From Squalus acanthias (lineage: Eukaryota): a DNA stretch of 64,000 nucleotides. The translations under genes were made by a program, and so were the position numbers. Of this stretch, positions 50,183-63,159 are shown one piece after another. Each line of letters opens with the position of its first letter. Positions within the stretch are counted from its first letter, which is position 1. Where the stretch lies: positions 132,806,001 through 132,870,000 of the forward strand of contig CM059432.1 in assembly GCA_030390025.1 (NCBI GenBank), read 5' to 3'. The notes beneath the pieces were generated by a model. That model made no database searches and was not told the origin of the DNA. It saw nothing but the letters and a program-made list of their open reading frames with translations.

Positions 50183-52382
50183 TTTGTGTCCAAAAGAAAC
50201 TCATCATCGCTCATTTGCATACAATCACTGTGTGTGACACCTGGATATCATTATTTATGATGGCAAAAAAATGCATTGCTGCTCACCTGTAATTTTTTTC
50301 GGCACTTTGATGGAAGCAATCTGGGCAAAATCCAAACCCAACAATAACACGGTTCAGTTCAAGTCAACAACTGGAATCCAGATGAACCTGAAGGGGGAGT
50401 TCACCTCCTCCTTAGTACCAGAGAATGGGAGAGAAGAAAGCCAGGTCTATCTGCCGACTATCAAGACTGTCACACAGCATACATTATTGCTAAGCAGTTA
50501 TGCAGCAAGTGATGTAGAAGAACGATTCTCCCAATAACCGAACTTAAAGGTAAACCATTTTAATAAAAAGGAGTTTAGCAAATCTTTTTGTATGTGGGTG
50601 CGTGGGGAGAGAGAATAAGGTGTTTGTCATGATGATATTGCAGTTTTGATGCAAGTAGTTACAGAGTTGTGCTGGTTCCTGTTATAGCTCAGCTTCCCTG
50701 TTTACGCTGTGGGCGGATTCAGCAATAACAAGTCATACAAAGCAAATCTTGTGCATTAATATAAAGTCATCGACACAACTCTTTTCATTCTAGCTGCAGA
50801 TGTCAGAAGGCCTAACCATGCCAGCAGTAGAAAAAGCCCAGAGGGCTCAGCTTGCTCCTGGGTAGAATCAGGATGGTAGTCCCCAGTGCAGATGCTGGCA
50901 GCTGAAGCACTATACCTTTTCTGCCCTTGGCACTTTGCTGTTGGAAGCATCCAAGGAATCTACTACCTGATGGCCCCCGGTGCCAGGTTGGGAACGCTAC
51001 AGGGTTATTTTGCTGTCGTGTTTATTATCAAGGCAACTCTCTAAGGTAAAGCGGGCTTTGGGCGTCATCAAATGTTTGATGTGATCAGCCGTTGACTCCT
51101 GTCACATGACTTGTCGCTGCCCTCAGTTTCTTCCAGCCAACCTCAGCGCGTTGACTGTATGACATCCTGTCAATCAGAAGCCACATTTCTCAGAGTTGCC
51201 ATCAACTCACTAATCTCATTTTGGTAAAAGAAAAGGGTATGACTTCAAACTTGCAAACATAAATAATAAAGAACAAGTGGTAAATATGTCAATGTATTAA
51301 ATATTTCTCATGGCCATTTGCCCTACTTTTCACATCTAAAAATAATCCTGCCCGACTGGAACAGAGGAATGACATGGAACTTTAATTTGTATTTTAGCAG
51401 TCAATAAAATGGCACAAACAATGAGCTAATCATTTAAAAGCGCACATTTATGTAACTGCTAAATTGCCAAAGTCTCTCTCTCTCTGTCTCTCTTTGTTTT
51501 TCTTACCCTGAAATGATACCATAGGGTACTAATGTACAGAAGCCTAACTTGTTTGTCTGAATTCTAACTCCCTCCCTGTTCTTTTACCTGATGTATTAAC
51601 CTGTTTAAAGTAAATGCATTAGCACCTCTGCTAAAATAGCCAAGAGAGGAATGTCAGGTGAACATGTTGAGCATTTGTGTGCTAATCTCCCACGGTGTTA
51701 TTTCAGGGACAGCATGGCAAACTTGTCACGGAATTCCTTTGTTTGATTTTATTCTTAGCTGAACAACATTTTAAGTTAAGCGAAGTGTAAAATAACTCCC
51801 AACAGACTTTTAGAACAGCCAAAGTGTGTCTGAGCAGCAAAAAGGGCATGGGACATGGCAATCAAAGGAGATACGCTAGTCAAAAACTATACAGCCTAAA
51901 ATTAGCTGATGCACTCTGTACGAACAATTATGCAGGTCTGATCTAAGTAAAGCCAATGTGAATAAGTAAAAGGAATCCCTCAAAGGCAGCACTAAAGCCG
52001 AGAGTTTTGGTCTGACCACGCTAAAGTTAAATCATCTGCACAAGCTGTTTTCAATAAACTATTAAATGCATTTAAAGGGCGCACTATTATATTACAAAGC
52101 CCAGCGGATTCAGGACTGCCAATATTCTGAGCTAATAGGTTAATGTCTTTGGTTAGGCTGCAATAGCACAGCCAACATAGAACGCAGAATACTAACAGAT
52201 GACACAAGGATTTGTGTGCTGGTAGTCTATATGACTGTGCCAGACATAGAATTGAACAACATACAAGCTCACATTAAATGCCTATTTTAGTAAATTTGAT
52301 AATTTTTATATCTAAAAATATGTGTGTGCATAATAAAATATGTGTGTGAATACCTATAATAAAATATGTGTGTATATATAAT

Positions 52383-52906
52383 GGCCCAGATATTCCGATC
52401 CCTACGGGTGAGTACGCGCTGGTTTCAGGCATGCACTGCGCATGTGCTGAAAACCGGCATTTCCGATCTGTCAAGAATGGTCTTGACAGATCCTCCGGCT
52501 GCCTTGGAGAAGGGCCTCTGCGGACGGATAGTTCCGCTTTTTGGAGACCCTCCGCCCGCAGAAAACCCTTACAATTCTTACTTTTAAAAATGTGATTTAA
52601 AAAAAAACAAATATTTAAAGTTTTACTATGTTTTGGGGGTGATCTCCATTCATATATTTGACAGGTCTTCCTGTCAAGTGTATGAAGGGAGCTTCCCTTC
52701 TGTGATTGGCTCCCCATGGCCCACGTGATCCCAGGGATGCTGCGAACTACCTGCGCCTCTGGGATACGTGGGCCCTGCGCACTTGCAGTTTGGAGAGGCC
52801 CAGGATCGGAATTGTGCGCATCCCGGGAGCCCTCAGGTAAGGGCGCAGATTTATCCAGATCGCAGTCCTCCGCCCGTGGGAGACCTGCGATCGGAATATC
52901 TGGGCC
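52383..52906. mobile_element. Harbinger-type MITE, family D
   Basis: Perfect 18-bp TIR ggcccagatattccgatc. Homologous to 19240-19928. Confidence 0.85.
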
Positions 52907-52931
52907 CTTATAACTAAGCTAATTCCTGTCA

Positions 52932-53455
52932 AGTGAGGCTCCATGCTCGGAGTGGGGTGTTGCAAAATTATCCCCTTGTATGTAAGAATCCAATATTAAT
53001 TAATCTGAATTAAGTGGGTGACATAATACAATAGAGTGTAAGTGATGTATTAATGTCCTGTGGAAGGTGCACTGAGGGGTTGCTTCTGTATTAATATGCT
53101 ACCAAAGGATGGAATTATGTGCTCGTGTTACATTCACAACAAACATAAATGCAATTCAATATTTCTGATATTGCTGTATATATTTATATTTATTGTTCTC
53201 AATTCTTCCCCTCTCCTGAAGGTGCTGACTCTTGCTGATGTACAGTCCCATGGGGCAAAGCAGCCCGTCAGTGTCTCGCCCAAGTAGCCATATTAATACA
53301 GAAGCAACCCCTCAGTGCACCTTCCACAGGACATTAATACATCACTTACACTCTATTGTATTATGTCACCCACTTAATTCAGATTAATTAATATTGGATT
53401 CTTACATACAAGGGGGTAATTTTGCAACACTCCACTCCTAGCATGGAGCCTCACT
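52932..53455. repeat. Near-perfect inverted repeat (~170-bp arms, ~180-bp spacer)
   Basis: 52932-53102 is the reverse complement of 53284-53455, with only 3 substitutions and 1 indel seen. Confidence 0.95.
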
Positions 53456-53517
53456 AGAAGTAGGAACCCTAGCTTCTAATTCCTCCTACTTGGTGTGGAA
53501 GCTCTGAGACCAATTAT

Positions 53518-55281
53518 AGGCCGCGATTTTGTCAGCGGAGGCGGGATCGTGGCGGGAGAGGTGATTGGCGGGTTCCGGTCCCGCTCCCGGCTGCAGCCGC
53601 TCAGTAAAAAGGATTTTCCGTTAATGGGGCTTGTTAAGCCCGTCCTGCGGGGTTCCTGGCCAATTAAAAGGAAGCAGGTCTGATGACGTCATTTGATGAC
53701 GCGTCATCAGCCGGTTTCCTTAAAGGGACCATGGCCGCATTCATTTTGACAGTTGTGCTGTCAGTGTTCTGCAGCATTGAGGTGCTGCAAACACTGACAA
53801 GCACTGCACAAAGGTGCACGGCTGCACCCAGGCTCTCCCAGGACTCCCTCCGTATGCTCACAACACGCAGGGAGGTCCTCTTCCCTTCCAATGGGTGGAA
53901 GAGACCTACCCAGGAGACCAACGCAGCCTGGTTGCACATTGCACAGGAGGACACAAGCAGGGATGTCGTTAGGAGGACCAGGCTGCAGTGGCGCAAACCT
54001 TTCAATGATCTCAGTAGATAATGAAACATTATTGCAAAGCCACACTCAACCTCATCCTGTTGTGCCACTCATCACATCCCCATAACTCTGCCCTCCCTAC
54101 CCTACTCCTGCACATCCTTACTCACACCAACTTACCTTGCACCTTCACCCATCCCTCTCTATCCACATTATCACTTCCCCATCTCACTAGCCACCCCTCA
54201 CACTCACCCTCATCCTAGTGCAATCATACCAACTAACAACACACAAGGGTAGGCACTTGGGTGTTTTATGCAAAGTTCATGTAAATTTTCTGCTGATGTG
54301 TTGTCAATTATTGAGATCTTTATTTTCAACATTTTGCCTTATTGTACAGATCCGTGCTCACCTTTGGAAGTGTCTTAGTGAGTTGCAGACATAATGGTAT
54401 CCCCCGCAATGGCGATGAGTGTGAAAGGAATGGTTTGGTCATTGTAGGAATACTTTATGGTGCTGGTGTGGGATGGTGTTAACCTGGGCAACATGTGGCA
54501 GCCAGGGTGTACAGCGTCAAGTGAAGTAAATGTGGCCATGGTGATGCCATCGCTGGCCTCCTGGGCAGCAATGTTATTGGGTGCTGATGCCCTGTGTCCT
54601 GTGCAGCATCAGGTGATTGCGGAAAAGGTTGGTATTGTTGTTGGTGATGTTGGTGTGCCTGGTGATGTTGGTGCTGGGGCTGATCGTGGAGGGATTCAGA
54701 GACCAAGGTGAGATTTTTTCAAGGGCACCGATGTTCCTGGAATAGATGGCAGCTGAAGTTGAGATGACAGAAGCGATCTGTCAATGGTGAGAGAGCTTGC
54801 ACCAAGGAGCTGACAGTGGATAGAGAGTTTACTCCAAACACTTCCAAACTACATAAAGCTCAAAAGTGTCTTCCAAGTCCTGAAGGCTGAAGCTTCTGAC
54901 ATTGGAAAGTGACCAGCTGTGAAATGGTAGCTTTCATACCACTTTTGCAGCTGTTAACTATTCACAGCAATGGGGAGACATAGAGAACCCGACCTACTTA
55001 CCTGACATGATCTCCGAACGACATGAACCCCGTTAAAAATGTGGTAAAATAGAAAAAGGCTGGCAAAATAGTAGATAACAAGCACTTAACAAGCAGGTAA
55101 GTATCTTAAATGCCTCCCGCGCTGCTTGGTGTCAGGTCCGTTCTGAAATCGCAGACCCAACACTTTGGAAACTTACATGGAGGTGGGTTCGGAGTGGGTT
55201 CCCAACCCGCTGTCAATCATTTCGATTTGACAGCGGACCCGCCTCCGAACCCACATTCTGAGCGCCGGCAAAATTCAGCCC
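53518..55281. mobile_element. Non-autonomous Harbinger, family B long form
   Basis: TIR-like ends and probable TAT TSD (53515-17/55282-84). Myb exon-1 ORF at 53683-54021. Confidence 0.87.
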
Positions 55282-55363
55282 TATAATGTCCAAATGTCAT
55301 CGATGTGAAGATCAAGTATCTCAGGAAAGAGCAAGGACCAAACTGGGGCCTTCTAGACCCTAT

Positions 55364-57081
55364 GGCCGGGAGTTTGCTCACTTCGGCGGGTCCGTGGCGG
55401 GCGATGTCGGTGGTGGGTCGCGGCCCCGCAGTTGGCTCCATCTCGCTGCCTAAAATGAATTTACATTGATAGGGCTTGTTAAGCCCACCCAGCGCATTAC
55501 CCGGCCCAATTAGTGGAAGCAGGTGATGTCATTCATGACCCATCATCAGCCGGTTTCCTTAAAGGGACCATGGCCACCTTACATTTGACGTTTGTGCTGT
55601 CAGTGTTCTACAGCATTAAAGTGCTACAAACACTGACAATCACTGCACAGAGGTGTAGGGCTGCACCTAGGTTTTCCCATGACTCCCTCCATATGCTTAT
55701 ATGGGCGGAAGAGACCTCCCCAGGAGACCAACACAGCCTGGTTGCACATTGTAGAGGAGGTCACAAGCAGGGATATCGTCAGGGGGATCTGGGTGCAGTG
55801 GCGCAAACGTTTCAAGGATCTCATTAGATCATGGAACGTTAGTACAAAGCCACACTCACCTTCATCCTGCTGTGCTTCTCATCACATCCCCATCATTCTG
55901 CCTTCCCTACCCTACTCCTGCACATCCTTACTCACACCAACTTACCTTGCACCTCCACCCATCTCTCTCTATCTACATTATCACATCCCCATCTCACTAG
56001 CCACCCCTCACACTCATCCTCATCCTAGTGCAATCATAACAACTAACAACACACAAGGGTAGGCACTTGAGTGTTTTATCCAATGTTCATGTAAAGTTTT
56101 GTTAATGTGTTGTCAAACAGTGAAACCTTTATTTCAACACTTTCCGTTCTTGGACAGATTTGTGTGCACCTTTGGAAGCAGCTCAGTGAGTTGCAGTGAA
56201 TGGTGAGACATAACGGTACCCCCCGCAATGGTGATGAGTGTGAAAGGAATGGCTTGCACATTGTAGGGATGCTTTATGGTGTTGGTGTGGGGTGGTGCTA
56301 ACCTGGTGCTTCATGTGGCAGACAGGGTGTACAGCGTCAAGTGAAGTAAGTCTGGCCATGATGAGGCCATCCCTGGCCTCCCGGGCAGCAATGTGCTTGG
56401 GTGCTGATGCCCTGTGTCCTGTGCAGCATCAGGTGATTGCGGAGAAGGTTGGTGGTGTTGTTGGTGCTGCTGGTGTGCCTGGTGCTGCTGGTGTTGGGGC
56501 TGATCGTGGTCAGATTCTGAGGACCAAGGTGAGAGAGTATAAACGGTACCCATGTTGATGGAATAGATGGCAGACGAAGTAGAGATGACAGAAGCATTGT
56601 GTCAATGGTGAGAGAGTTCTTCCAATGAGGTAAGAGTGGATTGAAAGTGGAAAGCCTGCAGAATCTGTGCTGGAAATGGACTGAGAAACAGCTTGTGGCT
56701 GAGGAAAGTGATGATCTGTCAGGTGGGAGCTTTTACTGTACATTTGAAGCTGTCAAGTAATCAGCTGGAGCAATGGCCACTGAACTCCCACCTCAGGTTG
56801 ACAGCCGTGGTCCCCTGAACAGCGTGGTTTCCGTGTTCATGCCGTTAAAGTCAAGAGGTAAGTTAAAAAAGCCTGTTAATGAACTGTCAACTAGATTCTA
56901 ATGATTTTGATTGGGACGCCAGACGCTGCCGGTTGGGTCTGCTCAGTGTTGACAGACCCGACATTGGGAAAGGCGCGTTGTGGCGGGTTGACAGCGGGTT
57001 CCTCACCCGCTGTCAAAAAAAAATATTTTCCGACCCGACTCACCACTGATCCCGCCCGCTAACCCCAGCAAAATCTCGACC
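55364..57081. mobile_element. Non-autonomous Harbinger, family B long form
   Basis: ggccgggagtttgct / agcaaaatctcgacc ends with a perfect TAT TSD (55361-63/57082-84). WLHIVEEVTSRDIVRGIWVQWRKRFKDL. Confidence 0.87.
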
Positions 57082-57092
57082 TATGGTTCATT

Positions 57093-57470
57093 AACAACAG
57101 CAACAACAACAACAACTTGCTTATATTGCACCTTTAACGTAGTAAAATGACCCATGCTGCTTCACGGGAGCGTTATCAAACAAAATTTGACACCGAGCCA
57201 CGTAAGGAAATATGAGGGCAGATGACCAAAAGTCAAAACGGTAAGTTTGAAGGATTGTCTTAAAAGAGGAAAAGAGGCGGAGAGGTTTAGGGAGGGAATT
57301 CCAGAGCTTAGGGCCTTGGCAGCTGAAGGCACGGCCGCCAATGTTGGAGCGATTAAAATCGGGGAAGCTCAAGAGGCCAGAATTGGAGGAGCACAGAGAT
57401 CTCGGAGGATTGTGGGGTTGGAGGGGATTACAGAGATGGGTAGGTTCGAGGCCATGGAGGGATTTGAAAC
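57093..57470 (-). mobile_element. L2-type LINE 3' fragment
   Basis: GGRAFSCQGPKLWNSLP and a (TTG)n tail. Confidence 0.85.
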
Positions 57471-58344
57471 CATACCAAATAGCGCTTTAACTCACTGAGC
57501 TATTGGGGAAGTCAGTCTTTCACATTTCCAATGAATGCCATAATCTAAAAAAGCTCGGTCACGTCGCAAGCATTTGATTCTCGAAACAAATAGATCTAAT
57601 TTTCAGGTTTTAATTCTTTTCTTGGTCAAAAATGAAGGACGCTCAGCCAAGAACAAATACCTGCTTTTTCAGGTCAAAAATAAAACATTTTTTTTTCGTG
57701 ATAAATTAATTACTAGGGGAACCTTGCCTCGTAAGAGAGTTCCAAATGAGCAGATTGTATCTGTAACGGCACAAACTTTTCCCCTGGCCAGAATCGTAAT
57801 GGCTTTATAGCAAAGTTGCTTCGGGCTTTCCGGATCTGAGCCTCACCACACAACCTTCGTACAAACAAGGTAGTCCATTTAATAACCAGAAAATAAAACC
57901 TGACTCCCCTCCTCCCCCTTCCTCAGAGGAAGTCATACTATTCACTAAATACCATCCTGTGGAAATAACATTAAAGCCCAATTCTTCAAGAATGAAGTGT
58001 ACTTGAGATCAGAAAATTGCGATTTTTTTTTTTTATTATTTGGAATCCCCCAACTATTTTGTCTTGCTTTAAGTATCCAAAATGGTAAATGACATTTTGA
58101 AAGAGTTACGTATAAAATATGTGCATCTGATATACTGCAGCACCCCAGTGTATAAAAGTCTGAAAATGAAGGATATATGATCAATTGTGATTTTCCACAT
58201 AAAGCTGGCAGATCCAAAGAAATATAAATCTCTGACACTGATACATGGTACAAGCCTGAAGGGGAATTTCAGAAGTAAAGAAATGCTGTGAATTTATTGA
58301 AATATCTGATCACTCTTGAACCCAACTACTTGCATATATGTTAT

Positions 58345-58621
58345 ATACGCTCAACCTTTGGTGGCCGTGCCTTCTATTGCCTAGGCCCTAAGCTCTGGAA
58401 TTCCCTGCCCAACCTTGTCCGCCTCACTACCTCTCTCTCCTCCTTTAAGACGCTCCTTAAAACCTACCTCTTTGACCAAGCTTTTGGTCACCTGCCCTAA
58501 TTTCATCCTTATGTGGATCGGTGTCACATTTTTTGTCTTAAAATACTCCTGTGCAGCACCGTGGGACGTTTTACTAAGTTCAAGGCGCTATATAAATGCA
58601 AGTTGTTGTTGTTGCTGTTGT
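58345..58621 (+). mobile_element. L2-type LINE 3' fragment
   Basis: GGRAFYCLGPKLWNSLP...SFKTLLKTYLF and a (TTG)n tail. Confidence 0.85.
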
Positions 58622-59757
58622 AGATTGTTGCACACTGTATTTGACAGACACAGGTCTGTGATATAGGCCTGACCATCGACCCTTAGTGCTGTGTATTTCT
58701 CACAGCCCGTATTCACAATTCCGAATGCTCTGAGTCAAAACAATTTTTTGCCCGTGTGCCATGTTTCCTGCTCATCCTTGCGTGTGATTGGTGTGACGTA
58801 CAGAGCAAACTGAAACTCGTCACGCATGTACATTGTGACATTTTTCCTTAACGTCTAGTCCAGACCGCGGATGGGAGATCTGACTCAAACATCCAGGAAG
58901 CATCTCCGGGGATCTCAAGATGGGAATGAATCTCACGGGGAGTTGGGGAGGATTACTTATCCGAAATGACAATTTCCAAGTCCTTCAGAAATGATAAATC
59001 TCCTTCTACAGAAAATTGGAAAGCAGCATAGAAATCTACAAGAATTGGATATAAAAGGATGAGCGAGACTGACGGGCTCAAACTGGTGTTTCATCCGTGA
59101 CCAAGAAGCTGTTGGGAGGTTTGCTGCCTGTACGCATCTTTCAGTAACAGCGGAACAGGCTCGGGGGGCTGAATTTCCTGTTCCTATGTTCCCAACTGAA
59201 ACAGAGAAGAATTCCTGGTTTCCTGACCATGCACATTGAGGTCCAACAGCTACTGCTGGTAGTTTTGATGTGATGTCTTGGCCCAGTTTACGGAGTAACG
59301 TGTATGGGAAATCTTACCATTCATACACTCAGTGGAGAAGCTAAAGCCAAACTAGACAAGTGTGTCCAAAATCAGACAGACAGTTTTACAGCATTGTACC
59401 AATTTGCTTCAAACTTCCAAAATTCCCATGCTTAGCACTGGATTACCAGTTGTGAAAAGCATCAAACTGTATTACTGAAGTCTTTCCTTAGCATAAAGCA
59501 TATTAGAGTCCTTTATTGGCATTTAAAACTCTGTACATTTATCTTTGGAGTTCTAGGGAAATCCACTTAAGATGAACCCTGATAATCTTAAATATCTATT
59601 AGCCAACTTTTTAACTGTCCTAACCTATTACTTCAAACATAATTTCCCCCGTGAAAGGATATAACATGTGGGCTAATATTGTTTTAAATTTTTGTTTGAC
59701 AAAGCACAGTTGATTTTATCTGGACTCCACTCTGTTTCGGATTACATTCCTTGGGTA

Positions 59758-60765
59758 GCAGTGTCAGCTTGCCTTGGTTGATAGCACGCTTGTCTCTGAG
59801 TCAGTAGGTCATGGGTTCAAGCCCCATGCACATAATCAAGGCTGACAATGCAGGACTCAGGGAGCGCTGCATTGTCTTTTGATTAAGGTGTTGAACTGAG
59901 GCCCCATCTGCGATCTCCGGTAGCTGTATAAAAAATCTACTTGAAGAACTGTTTCCACTGGCAGGAGGGTCGGTAACCAGAGGAGACAGATTTAAGATAA
60001 TTGGCAAAAGAACCAGAGGGGAGATGAGGAGTTTTTTTTTTACGCTGCGAGTTGTTGTGATCTGGACTGCCCTGCCTGAAAGGGTGGTGGAAGCAGATTC
60101 AATAGTAACTTTCAAAATGGAATCGGATAAATACTTGAAAGGGAAACATTTGCAGGCTAAGGGGAAAGGGCGGGTGAGTGGGACTAATTGGACAGCTCAT
60201 TCAAAGAGACGGCACAGGATTGATGGGCAGAATGGCCTCCTTCTGTGCTGTAAGAGTCTATGGCCTGGATTTTAGCTTGGAGGCGGGGAGCAGAATGGGG
60301 GTGGGTGGGGGTGAGGGGTGGGGTGGGGGGGGGCATGGAGGTGGTGCTGTTTTAAGGTTGGAAACCCGGAAGTACGGGCTCCCCGAACGACATCTTAAAA
60401 AAAATTCTGTAGGTTTCCCACCCACAGCCAGCCTGATTGACTTGAGGCCTGTTGGGCGGGAAAGCCTGCAGCACAAAGCCACAGGCGAGCTGGCCTGAGA
60501 GCAGGTAGGTCTAGTGGGGGGGCGGGGGTGGTGGGAGTTAAGATTCAGCCCTAAGATTCTATAAACTCTTCCAGTGTCCTGGCCGAATAAAAATATTATC
60601 TTGTCATTCCTTCATTTTCTGCTTGTGGGATCTTGCTGTGCACAGATAGGTTGCCACCTTTGGCTACAAAGTGACCGTACTTCAAAAGTAATTCATTAGC
60701 TGTAAAGAGTTTTGGCATCTGTTAAGGACGTGATAAGGTACTATATAAAGGAAAGGTCTCTCTTT
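59758..60765 (+). mobile_element. Deu-SINE interrupted by a CR1 3' fragment (59945-60562), itself interrupted by a MITE
   Basis: SINE head at 59758-59940 and Deu core at 60570-60765. CR1 FFTLRVVVIWTALPERVVEA. Confidence 0.75.
60262..60551. mobile_element. Harbinger-type MITE in CR1 tail
   Basis: ggcctggatttt / aagattcagccc ends. Flanks are gagtcTAT and TAAgattctata. Confidence 0.75.
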
Positions 60766-61069
60766 CAAAGGAAGCACATCACATTCACTACTTCGATGTA
60801 TTCAACATTGTTGTTGAATTACAAGTTGCAGCTATACATTTCTAGTCAGCAACTTTAAATCAATTTAACAAATATTGCTGTGCAAGGAAAGAGTACAGCA
60901 AGATAACTTAGTTTGAAAATTAAATTTATTATCCAAATGAATACTCACAAAGCATCAAATAAAGTTCGGATGAAAGGTCCCACCCAAACCATAACCTGTA
61001 TTACTCTTTCAGTTACTGGACAATTTGCCATGCATTTCCAGCATATTCTACTTTTATTTTTTAGGTTTT

Positions 61070-61545
61070 ATGAAGCGTCTTAAAGGAGGAGAGAGAGGTG
61101 GAGAGGTTTAGGGAGGGAATTCCAGAGCTTAGGGCTTAGGCAGCTGAAGGCACGGCCGCCAATGGTGGAGCAAAAGAAATCGGGCATGTGCAAGAGGCCA
61201 GAATTGGAGGAGCGCAGAGATCTCGGAGGGTTGTAGTGCTGGAGGAGGTTACAGAGATAGGGAGGGACGGTTGGGGGGGTGAGGGGCGAGGCCATTGAGG
61301 GATTTGAACACAAGGTTGAGAATTTTAAAATAGGGGCGATGCCGGACCAGGAGCCAATGTAGGTCAGCGAGCACAGGGGTGAAAATGTGTAAAAACTCAG
61401 AGTGAGAAATGTGTAAAAATTCAGGGTGTAAAATTTGTAAACATTTAGAGTGTGATGATATGGGTAGCAGTTTTGAATGAGCTCAGGTTTATGGAGAGTG
61501 GTAGGTGGGATGCCGGCCAGGAGGGCTTTGGAATAAAGTGCTCCA
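61070..61545 (-). mobile_element. L2-type LINE fragment with an internal short tandem repeat
   Basis: PPYLCNLLQHYNPPRSLRSS...GGRAFSCLSPKLWNSLP. Confidence 0.85.
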
Positions 61546-63159
61546 GACTGCCTAATGTGCCCAGAGCACCGTGTAGAGTCCATATATTAAGGAAGGGTTA
61601 CACTTAACCATATGGGGGAAATGCATTTTCTTGCAGTTTTTCTTTTTTTTTATCAAATATTGAATATATTCACTTTTGTTTCCTCTTTTTTTATGTACTG
61701 TAAATTTCATTCTCGACCTGTAACTTTAAGAAACCTCATGTGATTAGATAATGTCACCAGGCAGCAAAGGACTGATTTACATTACATACAAACACGCAGT
61801 CAGTATTGGATACAGCAGCAACAGAAGCCCATTGAATCCGTGCAAACACCATCCTAGTTCTTTTCTTAGTTCCAGAAGAAAACATTTCAAGGGTCCATTT
61901 TGGGTGGAATGCACCTGAAAGGAGGAACAAGCAGCTAATGTCTCCCATTCTCAGACGCTTTCTGAGCTGAAGTGTGACTTTTACAACTAAACGAACAAAG
62001 TCGGCAAATTGGAATAAGCTGCAGCAATTGTGCAGCAGTACCCAGTAGATGGCAGGATGGGAACATGGAAACACAAAGCACTGACTGGCATGGCAGCAAG
62101 AATTTAAAAAAAATTACGGGGCGGGGATATGTGGGGGCGGGGAGGGGGGAGGGGTGGGGAGAAGAGGATTGGGAGTTTTCTTCTGTGCAACTTGATTACT
62201 AGGCATTGCTGCAAAAAAAAAACCTGCGGACAGCGGCCTTTGTGTTAAAATAAGGGATAATCAGACTGCACTGTAATAATAAAAAGGAAGAGAGATGTGA
62301 GAGGGTAAGAAAAGAATAAAGAAACTCACAGTGGTTATAGGGAGAGGTTATAAAATAACGATGTTTCTGCCACTGACCAGGGATGATATTAGGAAAGATA
62401 CTGGCTGCAGCCTCCAACTGCTTTCTTTAATGAGATTCAACGTGTCCAAATTTAAAAAAGGTAGAATTGTACCATCCCATAGTTTGGCAAGTGTCCAACA
62501 CTCTTGCAATCCTCATGTATTTTCATTCTATATTTGAGAAACTTCACAGATACAGCAATTAAGCATGTTCGAACAGATAGCCCCAAGAGGAATAAAGATA
62601 TAGAGCACAATTAATTAGATACAGACATTTAAAATGAAACCATTTTGATCATATTGTTAAAATATTTATAAATGAGTGGATTATTCAAGAGAGACATTTA
62701 GGATAAGAATTGTGATAGAAATGAGTGTTACAAAGCAAGCTGTACCTGTCTTAAAAAATACAGAATGCAAATGTAGAGTGTATACGCGCACAGGATCAGG
62801 ATACATGTATGTCGTCTACGACAATATTAATTGAAAATAGCTGAATTAGTTTATCAGTAAATGTTGCATTGTAGTTCGCTCCTACAAAGTTTTGGCTTTA
62901 TTTGGAAAATACTGCACACAAGCAAAATAATTTTGTGGTCTGTGCATTTTTCAATATGTACTCTGCGAGGAATTACTTTACTGAAGGAGAAGAGTTGTGC
63001 AGTGTATAAAGTGAGACCTGATGATTCTAACATTCTTGCCGAAATATGAACCGTTCAAAAACACAAAGAGAAGCCTCTGGAAAGGACAGATAACAAATCT
63101 TGAATGATAAGCCAGATCCATTTGATTGACTGTGATTGCCTTCTTTTGACAGATTTTAA

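Noticed and set aside
50271..50537. 88-aa ORF in unique sequence
   Set aside because: No motif, no splice support, and its length is compatible with chance.
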